The position numbers were made by a program, and so were the translations under genes. A DNA stretch of 64,000 nt, taken from assembly GCA_014382365.1 (NCBI GenBank), contig JACNJW010000049.1, positions 1,830 to 65,829 on the forward strand, given 5' to 3'. The notes beneath the pieces are model-generated. The model saw only the letters and a list, made by a program, of their open reading frames with translations. It searched no databases and had not been told where the DNA came from. Position 1 is the first letter of the stretch. Each line of letters starts with the position of its first letter. Positions 1 to 9,500 of this stretch are shown one piece after another. The DNA comes from SAR324 cluster bacterium (GTDB taxonomy: Bacteria; SAR324; NAC60-12).

Positions 1-44
1 CGTGTTGCAGTTGCTACAGCAGTAAGCTTAAAAAAAAGGATTGA

Positions 45-746
45 TTAAATTCCCAGATAACGGTGCTGAATTTCTTTGTCAGCACTTAAGGTCATGGAAT
101 CGCCAGTCCAGACAACCAGTCCTTTTTCGATGATGTAGTGTCGATCAGCAAAATGTGTGAGAGCTTCAATGTTCTTATCTACAACAAGAATCGATTGTCC
201 CGCATCTTTAAGACCTTTCAAACAATCCCAAATTTCAGTTCTGATTAACGGCGCAAGACCTTCTGTTGCCTCATCTAAAATTAAGAGACGCGGATTTGTC
301 ATCAAAGCCCGTCCAATGGCCAGCATTTGCTGCTCTCCTCCTGAAAGTTGATTGCCCATGTTTTTTGCACGGTCAGCTAATCTTGGAAATAGAGTAAAAA
401 CTCGATCCAGGGTCCAGTGAGTTTTGTTTTTTGACCGATTAGCTGCAGTCGCAATCAAGTTTTCAATTACATTCAAATTAGGAAAAATTTGGCGTCCCTC
501 TGGTACAAGACCAATTCCGGCCTGGGCGACTTTATGAGCAGGCCATTCCCGGACTTGTTTGCCTTCAAATAAGATTTCTCCGGATTGCGCTTTTACTATT
601 CCAAGAATTGAATGTATTGTGGTAGTTTTTCCCATACCATTGCGTCCCAGCAATGTGACTACTTCTCCAGCATTTACCTGCAGATCAATTCCAAACAGGA
701 CCTGGCTCTGCTTGTATGAAGTTTTCAACTCCTTAAGTTCAAGCAT
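45..746 (-). CDS. livF: HAAT/Liv-family ABC transporter ATP-binding subunit (LivF-like)
   Basis: Walker A GRNGMGKTT, LSGGEQQMLAIGRAL signature, LILDEATEGLAP. Start moved to ATG 746 (MLELKELK), which overlaps the stop of the upstream ATPase; the track's 836 start lies inside that gene. Confidence 0.9.
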   Translation of the reverse strand: MLELKELKTSYKQSQVLFGIDLQVNAGEVVTLLGRNGMGKTTTIHSILGIVKAQSGEILFEGKQVREWPAHKVAQAGIGLVPEGRQIFPNLNVIENLIATAANRSKNKTHWTLDRVFTLFPRLADRAKNMGNQLSGGEQQMLAIGRALMTNPRLLILDEATEGLAPLIRTEIWDCLKGLKDAGQSILVVDKNIEALTHFADRHYIIEKGLVVWTGDSMTLSADKEIQHRYLGI

Positions 747-1488
747 GGACGGACTCCTCTTCACCCAGATATGCAGACCTGACTTGAGGATTTTGTTTGA
801 TTGCTTCCGGAGTGTCAGTAGCAATGCTCTGACCATAAACTAATACTGTTATCCGGTCAGCCAGTGCAAAAACAACATCCATATCATGCTCAATTAATAA
901 AATCGTGAGCTTCTTTTTCAGCTTCAGCAGAATATTAACCATGGCTTTTGATTCTTCAGGTCCCATTCCTGCCATTGGTTCATCAAGCAGCAGCATTTTT
1001 GGTTTTGTTGCCAGTGCCATCGCTATTTCCAGTTGACGGTGTTCACCATGAGAAAGGTTGTCGGCAATATCGTCTGCACGTTTTTCCAAACCAACCTGTT
1101 GTAAATATTCCAGAGCCGGCTTCCTGAGTTGACGTTCTTTTCTGGCATCTTTCCAAAAATGAAAAGAATGACCAGCATGAGCCTGTACTGCCAGAGCAAC
1201 GTTGTCCCAAACAGTTAGATCCATGAAAATATTTGTAATTTGAAAGGAACGGGCAAGTCCACAAGCAGAGCGAAGATGAACAGGAACATTCGAAATATCG
1301 TTGCCATCAAAGATGATTGTTCCTGAATCCGGCTCAATTTCCCCAGTTAATTGGCAGATAAGAGTTGTTTTTCCTGCACCGTTTGGGCCGATAATCGCGT
1401 GCAATTCTCCCTCTTCTACTTGAAATGAAAGATCATCTGTAGCCAACAGTGCACCGAAGGTCTTAACTAATGAAATTACTTTTAGCAT
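739..1488 (-). CDS. livG: HAAT/Liv-family ABC transporter ATP-binding subunit (LivG-like)
   Basis: GPNGAGKTT, ARSFQITNIF, LSHGEHRQLEIAMAL, LLLDEPMAG, IEHDMD, C-terminal VRSAYLG. Confidence 0.92.
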   Translation of the reverse strand: MLKVISLVKTFGALLATDDLSFQVEEGELHAIIGPNGAGKTTLICQLTGEIEPDSGTIIFDGNDISNVPVHLRSACGLARSFQITNIFMDLTVWDNVALAVQAHAGHSFHFWKDARKERQLRKPALEYLQQVGLEKRADDIADNLSHGEHRQLEIAMALATKPKMLLLDEPMAGMGPEESKAMVNILLKLKKKLTILLIEHDMDVVFALADRITVLVYGQSIATDTPEAIKQNPQVRSAYLGEEESVHA

Positions 1489-2489
1489 TAACCAGTCTCC
1501 TTCTCACTGTGAGAAGATAATTTATGCCACCATTTATCCAGTCCGACCAGCATACCATCTATTCCTCCTCGTGCAAAGATTACAACCAGTACGAGCATGG
1601 GCCCAAAAATCAGTTGCCAGTACTCAGTGATCTCAGAGAGAAATTCCTCTAAAAACAGGAAAGCAACTGCACCAATAACTGGACCAAAAAGAGTTCCCAA
1701 TCCTCCTAAAACAGTCATAATGATTAAATCCCCAGAATGAGTCCAATGCATCACTGAAGGATTAACAAACTCTGTTTGGTTCGCAGATAAAACTCCTGCA
1801 ATACCACATAAAGTTCCGGCAATAACAAAAGCAACAAGTTGATAGCGAAAAACTGGAAATCCAATGGCACGCATTCGTTGTTCGTTCGACTTTGCACCGC
1901 GAATCATCATGCCAAAACGAGAGTTTATTATCCTGTGTGAAATGTACAAACTAAACAGCAAAATGACAAAATTGAGGTAATAGAGCGAGTTGTCATTTGC
2001 AATATTTATTAAGCCATTAAAATCACTGCGCATGTAAAGACTTAATCCGTCATCTCCACCGTATTTTTCATTACCAACTGCTACAAAGTATAACATCTGC
2101 GAAAAGGCCAGTGTGATCATAATGAAATATACTCCTCGAGTCCGTAGTGAAATAGCACCGATCACCAATCCCGTAATTGCTGAAAAAACAATTGCCAGTG
2201 CTATTTGAATAAAACCGTTGGCCATCCAGTCAATCCCATCTTCAACTGCATGCAGGGTCCCAATACCAACCATATATGAGCCTATACCTAAATATACTGC
2301 ATGACCAAAGCTGACCATACCACCGAACCCTAAAATCAAATTCAGACTGACTGCACCAATCGAAAGAATCAGCATTCTAGAAAACATTACTGTGTAAAAT
2401 GGTTCGTCAAAATAGTCGGCAAGTAGTGGAACAACTGCTAAGCCCAGCATCAAAATTACAATAAATAAAATTCTTGGAGAGCCTTTCAT
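1488..2489 (-). CDS. livM: HAAT/Liv-family ABC transporter permease (LivM-like)
   Basis: Multi-TM; SLNLILGFGGMVSFGHA, RTRGVYFIMITLAFSQ, VLGGLGTLFGP motifs. Confidence 0.9.
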   Translation of the reverse strand: MKGSPRILFIVILMLGLAVVPLLADYFDEPFYTVMFSRMLILSIGAVSLNLILGFGGMVSFGHAVYLGIGSYMVGIGTLHAVEDGIDWMANGFIQIALAIVFSAITGLVIGAISLRTRGVYFIMITLAFSQMLYFVAVGNEKYGGDDGLSLYMRSDFNGLINIANDNSLYYLNFVILLFSLYISHRIINSRFGMMIRGAKSNEQRMRAIGFPVFRYQLVAFVIAGTLCGIAGVLSANQTEFVNPSVMHWTHSGDLIIMTVLGGLGTLFGPVIGAVAFLFLEEFLSEITEYWQLIFGPMLVLVVIFARGGIDGMLVGLDKWWHKLSSHSEKETG

Positions 2490-3413
2490 CTATGCTCCTT
2501 TTGGTGGGAAGAGACCCTGAGGTCTGATAGCCAAAATAAGGGCCATCAGGAGATAGATCAACATGGAGGAAATCGCGGGTGCAGCGGTATCTGCCACATC
2601 ATTGGAAAAAAAGAGGCCTAAAATATCCGGTAGAAAAGAACGGCCGACTGTATCAATCAAGCCCACTAATAAGGCAGCAACAAAGGCTCCCTTAATGGAG
2701 CCGACTCCGCCAATAACAATCACTACCAGAGTAATAATTAAGATGCCTTCTCCCATTCCAATCTCAACAGTCATAATTGGTCCTGCCATTAATCCAGCTA
2801 AACCTGCCAGTGCAGCACCCAATCCAAAAACAAGAGTATAGAGAAAATTTATATTTACTCCCAGTGCACTGACCATTTGCCGATTACTTGCTCCTGCACG
2901 TATCAACATGCCTAGTTTTGTCCGGGAAACAAGCAGGTAAAGCAAAAAAGCTACAAGGATTCCAACTGCAATGATAACCAGACGGAAAGCAGGGTAGCGA
3001 ATACCAAAAAAAAGATCCACACTACCGTTGAGTACTTCAGGAAGTGGAATGTCTAATCCAATTGGTCCCCAAATGAGTCTGACGAATTCGTTGAAAAAAA
3101 GGATGAGACCGAAAGTAGCTAATACTTGATCGAGATGATTGCGGGTGTATAGAGTACGCAGCGCAATCATTTCTACGAGCATACCAAAAATCATACTGGC
3201 CGGAACTGCTAAAAGAGCCCCTAGCAGGAATGAATCTGTCCAGCTTGTGAAAGTTGCTGCGAAATATGCTCCCATCATGTAGAGCGAGCCATGTGCCAGG
3301 TTAATCAGATCCATGATTCCAAAGATCAAGGTCAAACCAGCTGCAAGTAAAAACAGTAATATTCCGAATTGAAACCCGTTAAGGGTTTGTTCCAAAAGAA
3401 GTATCCAGTTCAC
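2490..3413 (-). CDS. livH: HAAT/Liv-family ABC transporter permease (LivH-like)
   Basis: AAGLTLIFGIMDLINLAHG, VIVIGGVGSIKGA, C-terminal RPQGLF; GTG start. Confidence 0.9.
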   Translation of the reverse strand: MNWILLLEQTLNGFQFGILLFLLAAGLTLIFGIMDLINLAHGSLYMMGAYFAATFTSWTDSFLLGALLAVPASMIFGMLVEMIALRTLYTRNHLDQVLATFGLILFFNEFVRLIWGPIGLDIPLPEVLNGSVDLFFGIRYPAFRLVIIAVGILVAFLLYLLVSRTKLGMLIRAGASNRQMVSALGVNINFLYTLVFGLGAALAGLAGLMAGPIMTVEIGMGEGILIITLVVIVIGGVGSIKGAFVAALLVGLIDTVGRSFLPDILGLFFSNDVADTAAPAISSMLIYLLMALILAIRPQGLFPPKGA

Positions 3414-3463
3414 AAGAATCTGTTAGCAGTATTGTAAATGTTAGGCAGGAAAGATTAAGAAGG

Positions 3464-3483
3464 GGAGGAACTCACGTTCCTCC
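3464..3483 (-). terminator. Stem-loop downstream of the substrate-binding protein gene (terminator or mRNA stabiliser)
   Basis: GGAGGAAC-TCAC-GTTCCTCC perfect 8-bp stem, followed on the minus strand by a pyrimidine-rich tract. Confidence 0.5.
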
Positions 3484-3506
3484 ACAAAGAGGTAAGTTAT
3501 AAAAAA

Positions 3507-4679
3507 CTACCAGGACATTTTACAATCTTTAGCGTAAGGATCCTGGTGGTTGGTGTAAACAGTTTTTACAATACTAGTGGTGTAATTCCCATCAACATCC
3601 TTGACTGCTTTTCGCAAGTAAAAATTCTGGATTGGAAAATGGTTATTGCCGTATTTAAACGCTCCACGAACTGAAGGGAAATTTGCTTTACGCATGGCAT
3701 CCCGCATTCCGTCTTTGTTGGACAGATCACCACCAACAGCAGTAACTGCACTGTTAATTAACATAATAGTGTCGTATGACTGTGCTGCATAAAATGTTGG
3801 ATAGCGACCGGTTTTCTTGCGGTAATCTGCAACAAAGCGCTTATTGACTGCATTATCCAGATCCGGTGCCCAGAACATTGTCATCAAACTATCCTCTGCT
3901 AAATCTTTCATTCGTGGCAGACTCAGGGAGTCAACAGTAAATGCGGAATAAAGAGGTATACTTCCTTTCAATCCTGCTTGTGAATACTGTTTGAAAAACT
4001 GCATTCCATGTTTTCCTGGATAGAAAACGAAGACTGCATCAGGTTTCGCAGCACGAATTTTGGCTAGTTCCGCAGAAAAATCAAGCTGTGCCGGAAACTT
4101 GGTCATATCTTTTCCAACGATATTTCCTTTAAATGTTCTAGTAACACCAGCAACCATACCTTTACCAGCAGCATAGTTTGGTGCCATGATGTAGAGGTTT
4201 TTGATGCCAAGTTGATTTAAGACCTCACCCATCGCCATCGTGGTTTGGTCATTCTGCCAGGAAGCAGAGAAAAAATCCTCATGACATAGTTTACCTGCAA
4301 CTGGTCCTGGACCAGCATTGGAAGTAATCATGAAAGGACCTTTACCAACAGCAGAGTTACGGGAAGCCATTAAAACGTGACTCCAAATGTAGCCGGTGAC
4401 AAAATGAACTTTGTCTTTTTTGACCAACTTTTCTGTTTTTTGTTTACCGACTGCGGGCTTGAAGGTGTCATCCTCATAAAACATCTGCACATCTGAATTT
4501 CCCATTTTACGACCCAGATGATCCAGTGCCAGTTCTACTGCATCACGCATATCATTTCCTATTGCTCCAGCACCCCCTGTGAGTGTGGTAACAAATCCAA
4601 TTTTGACTGTTTCAGCCACGGCAACCTGAGTAATCAGCATTGCACCTAGGGACAGAGCCCCTAAAAGACGAAATTTCAT
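3507..4679 (-). CDS. ABC transporter substrate-binding protein, Liv/HAAT family, probably for aromatic acids
   Basis: Signal peptide, VKIGFVTTLTG, APNYAAGK, LDFSAELAKIRAAKPDAVFVFYPG. Substrate inferred from adjacency to benzoyl-CoA genes. Confidence 0.85.
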   Translation of the reverse strand: MKFRLLGALSLGAMLITQVAVAETVKIGFVTTLTGGAGAIGNDMRDAVELALDHLGRKMGNSDVQMFYEDDTFKPAVGKQKTEKLVKKDKVHFVTGYIWSHVLMASRNSAVGKGPFMITSNAGPGPVAGKLCHEDFFSASWQNDQTTMAMGEVLNQLGIKNLYIMAPNYAAGKGMVAGVTRTFKGNIVGKDMTKFPAQLDFSAELAKIRAAKPDAVFVFYPGKHGMQFFKQYSQAGLKGSIPLYSAFTVDSLSLPRMKDLAEDSLMTMFWAPDLDNAVNKRFVADYRKKTGRYPTFYAAQSYDTIMLINSAVTAVGGDLSNKDGMRDAMRKANFPSVRGAFKYGNNHFPIQNFYLRKAVKDVDGNYTTSIVKTVYTNHQDPYAKDCKMSW

Positions 4680-4754
4680 CTTTTCTCCTATAATTAGGTT
4701 AATTGATTAAAAAAATTTTCAGAGAATCTGAATACAGCTCCTGAAAACACATAA

Positions 4755-4783
4755 ACTCTAACTGAAGCACTTTCAGTTGTCAA
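4755..4783 (-). promoter_or_regulatory. Sigma70-type promoter of the ABC operon with an internal inverted repeat
   Basis: Minus strand TTGACA (4783-4778)-N17-TAGAGT (4760-4755); AACTGAA-N5-TTCAGTT (4760-4778) spans the spacer. Confidence 0.55.
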
Positions 4784-4814
4784 GAAAAACTATGATTATC
4801 TCCTTTGCTGGAGA

Positions 4815-5210
4815 TTATTCAGGAATTACGGCAGTTGCTTCCAACTCGATCTTTCCTGGAGAATCCAGCAAATCTGCTACGAAAATCATACTCATAGCAG
4901 GATAATGCTTGCCCATCAACTTCCGCCAAATATTGCCAAGCTTTGAACGTTCTTTAAGATAAGCTTTCTTGTCAATGCAGAATGCGGTTATCCGGCAAAT
5001 GTGCACCGGTTTTCCACCAGCTTGTTCCAATACAGCTAATATGTTAATCAATGCTTGTTCAAATTGCGGAGCGATTTCCTCGCTCTGGAATTCCTGTTGG
5101 GCATCCCAACCTACTTGACCGGCAATGAAAACAATTTTACCGGAATCTACAGCAATTCCATTGGAATAACCAATCGGGGCTTTCCAACCATCAGGGAGTA
5201 ATACAGTCAT
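4815..5210 (-). CDS. RidA/YjgF/UK114 family enamine/imine deaminase
   Basis: P.GW....GYS.G, FIAGQVGWD, HYPAMS, KIELEATAV. Confidence 0.88.
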   Translation of the reverse strand: MTVLLPDGWKAPIGYSNGIAVDSGKIVFIAGQVGWDAQQEFQSEEIAPQFEQALINILAVLEQAGGKPVHICRITAFCIDKKAYLKERSKLGNIWRKLMGKHYPAMSMIFVADLLDSPGKIELEATAVIPE

Positions 5211-5299
5211 TAAGGGTTAATGAAAAGAGGTCCTCCAGAGTTTGAATTCCGGGAACGGTGCTGTTGTCTGATAAAATGAGAACAAAAAGATTCTCTGCA

Positions 5300-6133
5300 T
5301 CAGACCACAAATTCATGATCAAAGTCACTGACTTCAATCCGGTTATCAACCACAGGCGGCTCGAAAGCCGGACGGGTATCTCGAAATAATACTCCAGTGT
5401 AAAAACCGTCATCAGTTGCCAGACGGCGTGCAGCCTGGCCCCGATCATAAGTGGTTTCAACAGGAGCGGGTCGTACCATCTCCTTCCAGGCCCGCTGTTC
5501 AGGACGAAAGGTAACACATGGACTGAGAATTTCCACAAATGAAAATCCTGGATGCATCACTGCTTTTGAAATCAGCTCAGCCGTCCCGTTGGAATCACCT
5601 GAAAAGCCGCGGGCAATAAAGTTTGCGCCAGCAGCCAAAGCGATTACAAGTGGCTGAAATGGTCTTAGATTCGTCCCTCCGGGAGCCATTCCGTTATCCC
5701 AGTCTGGTTCTGTTGTTGGAGAAGGCTGGCCTTTGGTCATTCCGTAAACCTGATTATCCATTACAATGTAGGTTAAATCTATATTCCGTCGACATGCATG
5801 TAAAAAATGATTCCCGCCGATTGAATAGCCGTCCCCATCGCCGCTGAAAACAAGGACGGATAGTTCCGGACGCGCCAGTTTTATGCCTGCTGCAATTGGT
5901 AATGAACGTCCATGTACACCGTGAAATCCGTAGCACTTTGTGTATGCAGGAATGCGGGAAGAACAGCCGATACCTGAAACTACTACTGACTTTTCAGGTT
6001 TCACACCTAACTTTGCCATGGCTTTAGTAAATCCCATCAGGACATTATGGTCCCCACAACCAGGGCACCAGACTGGTTTGAGACCGGATTTGTAGCTTTT
6101 AGCCAAAAAAGTTTTTGGAGGATTTGTGGTCAT
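5300..6133 (-). CDS. korB: 2-oxoglutarate (2-oxoacid):ferredoxin oxidoreductase beta subunit
   Basis: WCPGCGD, SGIGCSSR, HGVHGR, TPP motif GDGDG...N, YGMTKGQ, SPCVTF. Confidence 0.92.
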   Translation of the reverse strand: MTTNPPKTFLAKSYKSGLKPVWCPGCGDHNVLMGFTKAMAKLGVKPEKSVVVSGIGCSSRIPAYTKCYGFHGVHGRSLPIAAGIKLARPELSVLVFSGDGDGYSIGGNHFLHACRRNIDLTYIVMDNQVYGMTKGQPSPTTEPDWDNGMAPGGTNLRPFQPLVIALAAGANFIARGFSGDSNGTAELISKAVMHPGFSFVEILSPCVTFRPEQRAWKEMVRPAPVETTYDRGQAARRLATDDGFYTGVLFRDTRPAFEPPVVDNRIEVSDFDHEFVV

Positions 6134-7866
6134 GCTGCTATCCAGTCTTGAAGTTTGTTTTGTAACATACGTGAAGAAATGGGTAAAGGTCCCGGTTTGG
6201 AAAATGATTCTGCACGGTCGTCCATCTCAAAATAACCACGCAGGTAACGATAAAATTGAGCTCCATAACTTTGTTCTACCACTAAAACTCTGTCTGTATC
6301 TGCAAGTGCGTTTTTAAATAAATCAGGTTGAGCTGGAGATAGTAAGCGAATTACCATTACACGAATTAAATTACCTTCCGGGTCAAGCTGCTGCACTGCT
6401 TCTCTGACAGCACCACCGGTCGAACCCCAGGTTATTACTCCGATTTTTCCATTACCTGAAATCTCAGCCCAGTCATCCCCATAATGAAAATTATTTAATT
6501 TTCTAGACCGTTTTTCCAACTGAGCATCATGATCTTCAACCATACTGGAGGGAGTTCCACTGGGAGAGTGCTCTAAACCATCTGCAGTGTATTGTCCATT
6601 TGCAGTGCCTGGTAAAGTCGTGGGTGAAATACCGGAATCTGTCAATGCGTAACGCTCATAATTGTCTGCAACATCAGTTAATACTTCACGTTCTGCTTTG
6701 AATTCTGAGTCAGATGGACGGGTTGTGACTGCAAGGGTTTGTCCAAGAGATTGGTCTGATAAGACTATGGCAGGTGTTTGCAGTTTTTCTGCAAGATGCA
6801 CGGCCCACTGTGTTGTCCATAAGCAATCCGGAATGGAATGTGGCGCCAAAACCAAATGTGGTGCATCTCCATGCAAACCATGTACAGCCAGATTAAGATC
6901 AGTCTGTTCAGATTTGGTTGGAATGCCTGTCGATGGACCGCCACGCATCACATTAACGACTACTAAAGGTATCTCAGCCGCTACGGCCAAACCTAATGAC
7001 TCAGTCATTAGGGCCAGACCAGGACCTGAAGTTGCTGTTAAAGATGGAACTCCACTATAAGATGCTCCGATAGACATATTGATCGATGCCAACTCATCCT
7101 CAGCCTGGAGTAAATAGCCGCCTACTTTTCTTAAACGAGGAGACATCCATTCCAATATTTCGGTGGCTGGCGTTATCGGATATGCTGCTACAAATCTAAT
7201 TCCACCACGTAATGCACCAAGTCCTGCTGCCTGATTTCCAGTTATAGTCCAGCGCTCCTCATCACTATCCGCTGGTGGTGATAATTTTAGATCAATATTT
7301 AAATCTGAAACAGCATCGACTCCAATTTGTAAAGCTGCAAAACTTACTTCCAATTCCATTGCCTTTGAGGAAAATTTTCGATCAACTTCAGCCTGTAGCA
7401 TATTAGCAGGACAGCCTATTAAGGCCCCCAAAAAACCTAAGGCTGCTATGTTATTACGTCCACCTTTTAGCTTTTTTAGCAGTAATTTAAAATCAACTTC
7501 TATAACTCTTGCGCCGGTAGTACTTACCATCTTCGGAAGCTCAGTAGCAGATTCACCGCTGAATACTGTACTTGACTCATCAAGTCCTATTTCCGCAGCA
7601 AAACGGTCAGCGTTTTTCCAGTCAATTGCTAATAAAATATCAAAGTGCTCACCGGGGTATTCTATGGGTTTCGATGAGAACTCAAGATAAGCAGCTACTT
7701 CTCCGCCACGAATTTGTGGACCGGAAGATCGACGCATCATTCCGTACCATCCAGCTTGTGCTGCAGCTCTCAGCAGTAAATCACCAACAGTCATTACACC
7801 ACTACCACCACTACCTACAATTGCTATTGCTAATCTCTGTATTTTACCTTGTGAATTGGATGGCAT
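6130..7866 (-). CDS. korA: 2-oxoglutarate (2-oxoacid):ferredoxin oxidoreductase alpha subunit (gamma-alpha fusion)
   Basis: GSGGSG, QIRGGE, YPITPATE, QAEDELAS, ATSGPG, RGGPSTGIPTK. Confidence 0.92.
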   Translation of the reverse strand: MPSNSQGKIQRLAIAIVGSGGSGVMTVGDLLLRAAAQAGWYGMMRRSSGPQIRGGEVAAYLEFSSKPIEYPGEHFDILLAIDWKNADRFAAEIGLDESSTVFSGESATELPKMVSTTGARVIEVDFKLLLKKLKGGRNNIAALGFLGALIGCPANMLQAEVDRKFSSKAMELEVSFAALQIGVDAVSDLNIDLKLSPPADSDEERWTITGNQAAGLGALRGGIRFVAAYPITPATEILEWMSPRLRKVGGYLLQAEDELASINMSIGASYSGVPSLTATSGPGLALMTESLGLAVAAEIPLVVVNVMRGGPSTGIPTKSEQTDLNLAVHGLHGDAPHLVLAPHSIPDCLWTTQWAVHLAEKLQTPAIVLSDQSLGQTLAVTTRPSDSEFKAEREVLTDVADNYERYALTDSGISPTTLPGTANGQYTADGLEHSPSGTPSSMVEDHDAQLEKRSRKLNNFHYGDDWAEISGNGKIGVITWGSTGGAVREAVQQLDPEGNLIRVMVIRLLSPAQPDLFKNALADTDRVLVVEQSYGAQFYRYLRGYFEMDDRAESFSKPGPLPISSRMLQNKLQDWIAA

Positions 7867-7987
7867 TTTAGTGTGCTTTGATTGTTGTAAATGATTTTTA
7901 GAGCGAAACTAAGATAGTTTGTTACAAGAAAAATATTCCTGATCTCTGCAAATTATACAAATAATAACGTAGTATCATATCAATACT

Positions 7988-8013
7988 AAGATTATTAAAG
8001 ATTAAATAATCTT
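7988..8013. promoter_or_regulatory. Inverted repeat in the korA leader, possible regulator site
   Basis: AAGATTATT-N8-AATAATCTT with perfect 9-bp arms; AT-rich context lowers significance. Confidence 0.3.
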
Positions 8014-8061
8014 TGGTTTGCAGATGAAGTCCTTATACAGCTACAATTAAAAAGATGATTG

Positions 8062-8090
8062 ACTTTAACCACAAGTAGAAGTGCTGTCAA
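8062..8090 (-). promoter_or_regulatory. Sigma70-type promoter for korAB-ridA
   Basis: Minus strand TTGACA (8090-8085)-N17-TAAAGT (8067-8062). Confidence 0.6.
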
Positions 8091-8094
8091 GCTT

Positions 8095-8118
8095 AAAGTT
8101 GCATTAAAGTACTTATTT
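8095..8118. promoter_or_regulatory. Candidate BadM (Rrf2) operator, copy 1
   Basis: AAAGTTGCATTAAAGTACTTATTT; 17/24 identical to the palindrome at 41889-41912; lies between back-to-back -35 boxes. Confidence 0.55.
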
Positions 8119-8129
8119 CTATTTTATGC

Positions 8130-8158
8130 TTGACACAGCGGCTGAATAAGAGTAAATT
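8130..8158 (+). promoter_or_regulatory. Sigma70-type promoter P1 for had-oah-dch-bcr
   Basis: TTGACA (8130-8135)-N17-TAAATT (8153-8158). Confidence 0.55.
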
Positions 8159-8165
8159 CTTTACT

Positions 8166-8189
8166 AAAGACGCATTAAAGTACTTATTT
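8166..8189. promoter_or_regulatory. Candidate BadM (Rrf2) operator, copy 2
   Basis: AAAGACGCATTAAAGTACTTATTT; 18/24 identical to the palindrome at 41889-41912; 71 bp downstream of copy 1. Confidence 0.55.
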
Positions 8190-8201
8190 CTAATTTATTA
8201 C

Positions 8202-8230
8202 TTGACATCAGCATTTAGTGTGTGTAAAGT
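8202..8230 (+). promoter_or_regulatory. Sigma70-type promoter P2 for had-oah-dch-bcr
   Basis: TTGACA (8202-8207)-N17-TAAAGT (8225-8230). Confidence 0.6.
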
Positions 8231-8287
8231 CATTAAAAACTCAACTGTAGCTTGAAGTCCTGAATAACAATTTAAACTAATATTATT

Positions 8288-9358
8288 ATGACATTTACTG
8301 CATATCGCTGGATTATGACAGCAGTAGGAGAACCTTTAAACAAAGTTGCTTTTGAGCCACTTCCTCTGCAAGAGGGGGAAGTGTTGGTGGAAATTGCGGG
8401 TTGCGGTGTTTGTCACACCGACTTGGGATTTTATTATGACGGAGTACGTACTAATCATGACTTACCGCTAGCTCTTGGACATGAGGTCAGTGGGCGTGTT
8501 CTTGAAACATCTCATGGTTCTGAAGAATGGCAGGGATGTGCGGTGATTGTTCCGGCAGTGATGCCCTGCGGAGAATGTGAACTTTGTAAAAAAGGACGCA
8601 GTTCAATTTGCCGTAGTCAGAAAATGCCTGGTAACGATATTCAGGGTGGATTTGCTTCGCACATAGTTGTTCCTGCAAATGGCTTATGTCAAGTTGATGA
8701 AGAACGGCTTGCAAAAGCAGGGTTGGCTTTGGCAGATCTTTCAGTAATTGCAGATGCGGTTACAACACCGTATCAGGCTGCCGTTCGGGCCGGAGTTGGA
8801 AAAGGTGATGTGGCAATCGTTGTCGGTGTCGGTGGAATAGGTGGAAATGCTGCACAGATTAATGCTGCACTCGGTGCAACCGTAATTGCTATTGATGTGG
8901 ATGATGATAAGTTAGCTGTCCTCAGGGATTATGGAGTTTCGCTGGTACTCAATTCAAAAGAATTTGATCATCGTGAATTAAAAAAACAGGTGCGGGCCTT
9001 TGTTAAAGAACAAGGTTTGTCTCCTTTGGAATGGTTCATTTACGAATGTTCCGGAACAGGAGCCGGACAGGCAACTGCTTTCAATTTGCTGACACACGGT
9101 GCAACTCTCAGTGTACTCGGCTTCACAATGGATAAAACGGAAATGCGTCTCTCAAACCTGATGGCATTTGATGCCAGAGCGTTAGGGAACTGGGGTTGTG
9201 CTCCAGAACTTTATGGAGCAGCTTTAGATTTGGTGTTGGATGGAAAAGTAAAATTAGCACCATTTGTTGAACAGCATCCGCTGGATTCCATTAATGAGAT
9301 ATTTGCAGCTGGACATGCTCACAAGTTGTCACGCAGGGCAATTTTAGTACCGGCGTAA
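8288..9358 (+). CDS. had: 6-hydroxycyclohex-1-ene-1-carbonyl-CoA dehydrogenase (Zn-dependent MDR family)
   Basis: CGVCHTD, GHE, CGECELC..C structural Zn site, [18 protein letters not shown]; first gene of the had-oah-dch-bcr order. Confidence 0.93.
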   Translation: MTFTAYRWIMTAVGEPLNKVAFEPLPLQEGEVLVEIAGCGVCHTDLGFYYDGVRTNHDLPLALGHEVSGRVLETSHGSEEWQGCAVIVPAVMPCGECELCKKGRSSICRSQKMPGNDIQGGFASHIVVPANGLCQVDEERLAKAGLALADLSVIADAVTTPYQAAVRAGVGKGDVAIVVGVGGIGGNAAQINAALGATVIAIDVDDDKLAVLRDYGVSLVLNSKEFDHRELKKQVRAFVKEQGLSPLEWFIYECSGTGAGQATAFNLLTHGATLSVLGFTMDKTEMRLSNLMAFDARALGNWGCAPELYGAALDLVLDGKVKLAPFVEQHPLDSINEIFAAGHAHKLSRRAILVPA

Positions 9359-9444
9359 TGATTTTTCATAAAGATGTTTCCCTTTTCGAAAGGACTAAAG
9401 AATGAAAAGGACAAAACGGGGTCACAAAATGCGTGGCATTAAAA

Positions 9445-9465
9445 CAGGATTAGTTAGTAATCCTG
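9445..9465 (+). other. Intergenic stem-loop between had and oah
   Basis: CAGGATTA-GTTAG-TAATCCTG perfect 8-bp stem with no U-tract. Confidence 0.35.
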
Positions 9466-9500
9466 CATGAAAATTTAACTTTTTAAGCACAAAATATTCC

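Noticed and set aside
747-836. 30-aa N-terminal extension of the LivF-like ORF
   Set aside because: Lies within livG; ATG 746 gives the normal length and stop/start coupling.
7878-7891. FNR/AadR-like box TTGATTGTTGTAAA near korA
   Set aside because: Poor right half-site and position next to the start codon; not supportable.
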